A DNA stretch of 64,000 bases from a virus, in IMG/VR virus record IMGVR_UViG_3300030085_004215, positions 32,001 to 96,000 of that record. One strand, 5' to 3'. The notes beneath the pieces were generated by a model that was given only the letters and a program-made list of their open reading frames with translations, was not told the origin of the DNA and did not search any database. The first letter of the stretch is position 1. Every line of letters begins with the position of its first letter. Positions 58,582-64,000 of the stretch are shown one piece after another. The position numbers and the translations under genes are program-made.

Positions 58582-59112
58582 TTATTTTCTAATTGCTTCC
58601 ATATTAATCGAAATACGAAAATCTTTTCTCTCTATATAAGTAGTGGTATGATTTACGAAATTAGGAAAAAAAATTAAATTATTTTTCTTTGGTAGATATT
58701 TGTAAACCTTTTCTCTTTCTTCAAATAAAATATGTCCACCTGTCATATCATCTGGCACTTCTAAATAGTAAACACCGACCATATTTGATGTCATTGAATG
58801 GTTATGCCAGTTGATTGGACAATAATCTTCATTACATACCATCAAATAATACATACTCTCATCCCTACCTATAGTGTAATCTTTACCATCAAATTTTTTT
58901 AATAAATCAACGAACTTTTTATTTAATGTATTAAATACACCCACCTTAGTATTAATTGGCATATTATAACCAAATTGTAAGAGGTTTCTGTTTGCATTAA
59001 AGTGTTCAATACTATGTGTTATTGATTCATTTATAGTATTATCATTCTTTAAAAAGTTTTCTACACAATATATGGGTAAATTTTTAAATATTCTATTGTA
59101 TTTCATATCCAC
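58582..59112 (-). CDS. 2OG-Fe(II) oxygenase-like protein
   Basis: WHNH, GVYYL, GGHILF, IFFP...H, RISI. Confidence 0.8.
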   Translation of the reverse strand: MDMKYNRIFKNLPIYCVENFLKNDNTINESITHSIEHFNANRNLLQFGYNMPINTKVGVFNTLNKKFVDLLKKFDGKDYTIGRDESMYYLMVCNEDYCPINWHNHSMTSNMVGVYYLEVPDDMTGGHILFEEREKVYKYLPKKNNLIFFPNFVNHTTTYIERKDFRISINMEAIRK

Positions 59113-59533
59113 ATTTTTTAAGTAAATTTATACTATTAATATTCCAATCATCAACCTCAGACCAAAGATAATCTAATTTCCTTAACTTACCTGCAGTAAT
59201 ACCTGAACTTACTAAATTAAAACCATAACCTTTATTTCTAAAATCCTTATGTACATATAAGTTTAAATATTCTTTAGTGTGATAATTTAACCAAGACCAT
59301 CCTCTTACTTTATCATCTATATTTAAAACGGATAAACACCATCCATCAGATAATCTCTCGTATGCATCAGATATACTCCACATACCATCCCAATTTAATT
59401 CTCGTTGAAATTCTTCAATTGCAATAGATAATTTATCTTCAGTATCCTTTGGAATTAGTTGATTCCAAAATTGTACTTCCTTGCATGTATTATAAAACTG
59501 ATAGTTATCGAGATAACGATGAAGTTTAATCAC
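59093..59533 (-). CDS. GNAT acetyltransferase
   Basis: LYVHKDFRNKGYG, N..S..L..KCGY. Confidence 0.82.
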   Translation of the reverse strand: MIKLHRYLDNYQFYNTCKEVQFWNQLIPKDTEDKLSIAIEEFQRELNWDGMWSISDAYERLSDGWCLSVLNIDDKVRGWSWLNYHTKEYLNLYVHKDFRNKGYGFNLVSSGITAGKLRKLDYLWSEVDDWNINSINLLKKCGYEIQ

Positions 59534-60189
59534 TTAAAATAACTCTCTAATCGTTCTTCTTTTAGTTCTTGTTCTGTTTTCTCAAAATCTTTTCTTTTCA
59601 TACCAAGATTTGGTCGTTTATCATACTTATATTCTTTATACTTTCCGTCCTGTCTAACATAATGTATAAATAATTGAACACATTCAGTACCTTTATATGG
59701 TAATCTCCAATGGTTCATTTGTGTACCTTCATAAAAACATACATCACCATATGAAAGAGAAATGGATTTTGGTTTAGGTTTAGAATCTACTACTTGTTGA
59801 GCATGACCCTCTTCTCCATATTTATCAAAATCATATTTACACATTAATATTGGCCATTTCTCATCATATCTGATTGGTATAGTAGCCGAAAATTCACATG
59901 AAGGTCTATCGGTATGTGGTTTTAAAAAATCAAGATTATTGTAAATTCTAAGAAATGAATAACAAGGAAAAAGTTTTTCACCAACCACCTTTTCTGCAAG
60001 TGGTGTTAGAGTTTTCATCAGAGTATCGTTTAAAGTATCACCATATAGTACAAGTGTACCTTGAACCTGGTTATCATCAAATAGAAGTTCATTATTTTCT
60101 GATTTTAATGTGTAGTATTCATACATCAAATCCAATACATCTTTATGTATGTGATTCTTTACAACCTTATAACCACTTTTATTAAACAT
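59530..60189 (-). CDS. 2OG-Fe(II) oxygenase-like protein
   Basis: HTDRPSCEFS, HWR, QLFIHYV. Confidence 0.78.
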   Translation of the reverse strand: MFNKSGYKVVKNHIHKDVLDLMYEYYTLKSENNELLFDDNQVQGTLVLYGDTLNDTLMKTLTPLAEKVVGEKLFPCYSFLRIYNNLDFLKPHTDRPSCEFSATIPIRYDEKWPILMCKYDFDKYGEEGHAQQVVDSKPKPKSISLSYGDVCFYEGTQMNHWRLPYKGTECVQLFIHYVRQDGKYKEYKYDKRPNLGMKRKDFEKTEQELKEERLESYFK

Positions 60190-60687
60190 TTACTCCCACT
60201 CAGGTATATTATATCCAGCTATTGATTTAGTTGTTGGTATTAAATAACTCTCTACCAAAACCTCATCATAAAAATCTCTATATCGTATGTAGTGTCCTGC
60301 ATCTACTGAACCCGAAACTGCATCATACCATTGATGTTCTGAATCTTCTATACGAAATCTAACAACCTCACCCTGCAAACTTTCAGGTACAAGAGATGAA
60401 CTCCAAAACTTAGTTTTAAGAGATTCATCAGTTTGTAGTGATTGTGAAAAATAATCCCAACTTGCAGTTGCCTCATTTATATCATCAAATGTATGATGAA
60501 ATCCTAATACAGATACAACTGGTTTTTGGTCAAAAATATCTACAATTGTAAATGGATAGGATGAAGAATCATAACCAGTGTAGTCATTTTCATCTACACT
60601 AATATATCCAGTCTCTATACCACCACTTACTTCTGGTTCTGCAACATTGAGAGAAGCCTCTCCGTGAATTAAAAATGTTTTTGCCAT
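60190..60687 (-). CDS. Hypothetical acidic protein
   Basis: ORF directly downstream of the 906-aa gene. Confidence 0.6.
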   Translation of the reverse strand: MAKTFLIHGEASLNVAEPEVSGGIETGYISVDENDYTGYDSSSYPFTIVDIFDQKPVVSVLGFHHTFDDINEATASWDYFSQSLQTDESLKTKFWSSSLVPESLQGEVVRFRIEDSEHQWYDAVSGSVDAGHYIRYRDFYDEVLVESYLIPTTKSIAGYNIPEWE

Positions 60688-60693
60688 AATATA

Positions 60694-63414
60694 TTAAGGA
60701 GCGAGTGGCCCTCCGTTGAATTGTGGTCCACCCTCATGGTATGCACCATTATTAGGATGTCCTTGATGGACATATGTTGATTGGTCTCTTGAATCTGCAG
60801 AATCAAAAGATTTTTGCCATATTAGAATTTTACAAACATTATACGCACCATCTGATGAACTTGGATTTGGATATGAGTTACCACCAAATGCAAATCTATT
60901 ACTTGGACTTCTTGGATTAGTTCCAGGTGTCGGAAAATTAAAAGAATTTTGCATATTAGCTGGAGGTGTTTCATAATTCTTGTAAACGGTGTAGTAAGGA
61001 CTTGATTGGTCTGTTACCCAATAAGTAAATTTATGTTTACTAAAATACTGAGGAGATACTTTTGGGTTAGATGGATATAATCTGAACGCAGTATTACCTG
61101 CTGGTTGATTCCATACTGCAGAATATGGACTTGGTGCCCATTGTGAACCATTGTACCAATAATATCTTGCACCTGGCCCGTTTGGATAAACAGCTATATC
61201 AAAATTTGCACCTGTTGCCATACCCATCAATCTTCTTCTGGTTGGAGAATTTGGTTGATAAGCTTGATTTGGTGGCCATGAAGTACCTGCCTGATATGGA
61301 GAAGCAGTAAAACAAAGCATTACTGTCATTGGATATTGAGATGAAAACATAACTTGTGCATGGTATAAATTACTTGGCTGTCTCTGTAATCGTGCTCCTT
61401 TATAAGATGTGTTTAAAGGTACAGTTGAAAACTCTGGATTAGGATACTCACCTTGTATTGGTGCCAATGATGCTTTAGGTCTTGGTGTTGAGCTTAGTGG
61501 TGATGGTGCTGGATGAAAAGTCAAATCTGCATTTAATCTTGAATCCATAGCATACCAAGTTGGACCTGCTGCAGGGAATGATTGTGGATTACCCGCATCG
61601 TAATTTCCTATAACTTGATTCTCATCCAATAAATCAAATTGTGAAGGCCCATTATGAACTTTTAATGCATTCATAAAATAATTTTCTGTAGGTTTTATAT
61701 CATAGATATCCCAATGAGATTTTTTACCAACAACTTCTTTCATACTCACAATTTTACATGGAACCATTTCTCCATAAATAGCAGTTGTTACTTTCATATC
61801 TGGTCGTTTATAAGTTAAGCAAGTCATACCAGGTCGTAACCTCATAACTTCCATTCGCTTTTTAGAATAGGTTAGACTAGGGTCATAAGATGCCCAACCA
61901 AATGTAGGTTTAATTTCATCTCTAATTCCTCTTTCAACTCCAGCCTCATTATGTGTACCAAAAGGTTCTAAACCATCTGTTCTATCCATACGAATATCAT
62001 AATCCATCGAATTTATCACCTTGAGTGGTTTTTCAAATAAAAATTCACTTGTAAAATATGTACCACCAAGTTCAAATGTTATCTCAACTACTCGTTCTGG
62101 CATTTCTGCATCAGCAGCTTTTGCCATTGTTGCTTCAACTATTTCTTTTTCAGTTGAACTTAAAACAATATCTTCTTTAAATGGATTGGTTATAATACTA
62201 TCCAATCCTTGAACAAAATTTTCATGTTTGGCAGATATTTGAAACCCATTCAGATGAAGTACATTCTGAGGATTTGTAACTGTTTTTACTCTTACCCTTT
62301 CGGTAATTACTTCTAATTTTTTTATTTCATAATCCTTACCATCCTTTAACAATACATCACCAACTTCTAATAAATGTACAGGTACAAATCTACCACGATT
62401 ATTTTCTTTTATCAGTACTGAAGCGGATGATAAAAATTTATGAGTATCATTTATTTTAATATAATGAAAGTGGTGGGGAAATTGTTGTTCAACCAAAGTA
62501 TCATTTTCAGATACTTCATCAGTATAGAATAAGTTTGCAGATGATACACGATGTAGTTCTCGTTGATTATTTCTTTCTTCATAATCCCAAAGTTGTGTAT
62601 ATAAATTTGGAGTTAAATTAAAGTAATCCTTACGAAACATCATTTTATAATGTTTAATTTCTACATTAAAACCTGTAACATGGTCTTTTTCCATATCTAT
62701 AAAGTGTTCAACATAATCATATTTCGATAGTCGTGTAAGAAATTTTCTCTTATCAGTAAATTTTTCTATATGAACTCCATGTTTTCTATCGATATTTCTT
62801 TTCTTAAAAACAAACCATCTATTAGGTTCATATATATCATCGTAAAAACCAGCTGCTCTATCTGGTTTCTCAGTATAGGGTGCAGTGATTGAAGTACCTG
62901 CAAAATCATTTAGATACTTTTTAAATGCAATTTTATCTGCTGCAAATTTATCAATAGTACAATTCTTATCCCATGCAATTCTTACTATTAAATCTTTTCT
63001 TTTATTATATTTAAAATCAAATATATCTGTTTCAGGATCAACTGTTTTTAATCTTAGGTTTACCTTATTTTTATCGGTAATTGTTTGAAATTCCCTATAC
63101 CAATTACCTTGTTTAATCTTACCCTCTGCTTTTTCATTTATCAATAATATTATATTTTCATATTTCCATTTTTTTACAACATCCATTATAGGTTTAAAAT
63201 CAAACCACTCTACTATATCATTATCAAATGCAGAATTTGTATTAATTTCAGTTACATAACCTGTGTAATCATCAGGTAAGATATCATAGCAATACAAAAG
63301 TATTTCATTTTTTCGCAGATAGGTGGTGTCCATTAGAAACTCATCTATGTCGTCTGTCTGGCTATTAATGATATATTTGTATATAAACTTATCGAAAACT
63401 AAATCTTTTTTCAT
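60694..63414 (-). CDS. Multidomain protein: permuted ATP-grasp-like + two Hint-like segments + Pro-rich LamG-like C-terminal domain
   Basis: YDILPD...TEINTN; FVFKK...GVHI; YVEHFI; ENYFMNALKVHN; YDAGNPQSFP..GPTWY. Confidence 0.65.
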   Translation of the reverse strand: MKKDLVFDKFIYKYIINSQTDDIDEFLMDTTYLRKNEILLYCYDILPDDYTGYVTEINTNSAFDNDIVEWFDFKPIMDVVKKWKYENIILLINEKAEGKIKQGNWYREFQTITDKNKVNLRLKTVDPETDIFDFKYNKRKDLIVRIAWDKNCTIDKFAADKIAFKKYLNDFAGTSITAPYTEKPDRAAGFYDDIYEPNRWFVFKKRNIDRKHGVHIEKFTDKRKFLTRLSKYDYVEHFIDMEKDHVTGFNVEIKHYKMMFRKDYFNLTPNLYTQLWDYEERNNQRELHRVSSANLFYTDEVSENDTLVEQQFPHHFHYIKINDTHKFLSSASVLIKENNRGRFVPVHLLEVGDVLLKDGKDYEIKKLEVITERVRVKTVTNPQNVLHLNGFQISAKHENFVQGLDSIITNPFKEDIVLSSTEKEIVEATMAKAADAEMPERVVEITFELGGTYFTSEFLFEKPLKVINSMDYDIRMDRTDGLEPFGTHNEAGVERGIRDEIKPTFGWASYDPSLTYSKKRMEVMRLRPGMTCLTYKRPDMKVTTAIYGEMVPCKIVSMKEVVGKKSHWDIYDIKPTENYFMNALKVHNGPSQFDLLDENQVIGNYDAGNPQSFPAAGPTWYAMDSRLNADLTFHPAPSPLSSTPRPKASLAPIQGEYPNPEFSTVPLNTSYKGARLQRQPSNLYHAQVMFSSQYPMTVMLCFTASPYQAGTSWPPNQAYQPNSPTRRRLMGMATGANFDIAVYPNGPGARYYWYNGSQWAPSPYSAVWNQPAGNTAFRLYPSNPKVSPQYFSKHKFTYWVTDQSSPYYTVYKNYETPPANMQNSFNFPTPGTNPRSPSNRFAFGGNSYPNPSSSDGAYNVCKILIWQKSFDSADSRDQSTYVHQGHPNNGAYHEGGPQFNGGPLAP

Positions 63415-63447
63415 AACTATAAATATATATTAGTTAAAAAAAATATA

Positions 63448-64000
63448 CTATTTAAATGGAGGACCATGAAACCAAGTAACTATAGCATGTCGTGTACCTT
63501 TTGTTACTGGTGTTACTGCATGTTGTAAATATGATGGAAAAAATATTATAGTGCCAGGTGTTTTTGGATAATGTAAAATTGGGTTACCACTATCATCGGC
63601 GTGTTGCAAGTGACCAAATAACAGTTCACCACCCTCATATTCCGATGGGTCATTTACAAGAATGGTGCTTGATAACTTTCTAAAACAAGTTGGTATATCA
63701 CCACCAGCATCAACATGAAAATCATACTTACCTCGTTCTGAGGATTCATATCTCAGTAGGATAGATGGTTCCATTAGGTTATCTAATTCAAATCCATAAA
63801 ATTGCTCGTTGGCTTCATGAGTTAATTGTTCTAATTTATTGTAATACCACTCTGTAAACTCAGCAAAGGGGATTGCATTTTCGTATGCAACTCGTGGTGT
63901 ATCATCACCACGATAATTACCCATATCAGCATCACCCATTGTTAATGCAGGTCTATCTTCTGTATCGGTACGATTCATTAGTTCTTGAAGTCTTTTCAGT
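63448..64000 (-). CDS. PKHD/prolyl-4-hydroxylase-type 2OG-Fe(II) oxygenase (frame open to window edge)
   Basis: FHVD, RKLS, YEGGEL, FPSYLQHAVTPVTKGTR, WFHGP. Confidence 0.9.
   Translation of the reverse strand, partial: LKRLQELMNRTDTEDRPALTMGDADMGNYRGDDTPRVAYENAIPFAEFTEWYYNKLEQLTHEANEQFYGFELDNLMEPSILLRYESSERGKYDFHVDAGGDIPTCFRKLSSTILVNDPSEYEGGELLFGHLQHADDSGNPILHYPKTPGTIIFFPSYLQHAVTPVTKGTRHAIVTWFHGPPFK

Noticed and set aside
61651-62480. Canonical splicing intein in the 906-aa protein
   Set aside because: No block-A Cys/Ser seen, +1 residue is Gly, no homing endonuclease; treated as a cleavage-type Hint instead
98-63088. Numerous plus-strand ORFs of 60-115 aa in the track
   Set aside because: Antisense shadows of well-supported minus-strand genes with atypical composition; only 18582..18914 accepted
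1-64000. Stop-codon reassignment or selenoproteins
   Set aside because: Recognisable genes are full length in the standard code, TAA/TAG/TGA all terminate genes, and thioredoxins have plain CGPC

Overview
AT-rich segment of a large dsDNA phage genome (jumbo/huge-phage-like gene content; host not determinable, but the sigma70-type promoters and Shine-Dalgarno motifs argue against Bacteroidota). Nearly all genes lie on the minus strand. Left part (1-17 kb): PhoH, J-domain protein, Hsp20, two thioredoxins, SNase, MoxR/CbbQ-type AAA ATPase plus vWA partner, tRNA-Ala, sulfotransferase, nucleosidase, APRT, HNH, nucleotidase and carbamoyltransferase. At ~17.1-17.6 kb a repeat-rich non-coding block marks a sharp compositional boundary. 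To its right, ~4.5 kb is almost devoid of the dinucleotide GpC except within GGCC, and the depletion relaxes gradually further right. This zone and its right flank hold a dense array of short early genes behind a conserved TTGACW-N18-TATATT promoter (13 copies in the window) and a ~480-nt structured non-coding RNA candidate. Positions 26.5-51.4 kb form a ~25 kb glycosylation / NDP-sugar island. The right end carries a PD-(D/E)XK nuclease, ClpP, a clamp-loader-like subunit, then a lipoate-ligase-like protein, SET domain, DUF1989, EamA, a porin-like protein, GNAT, several 2OG-Fe(II) oxygenases, and a 906-aa protein with permuted ATP-grasp, two Hint-like segments and a Pro-rich LamG-like domain. 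All calls come from reading motifs by eye; no database searches were run.
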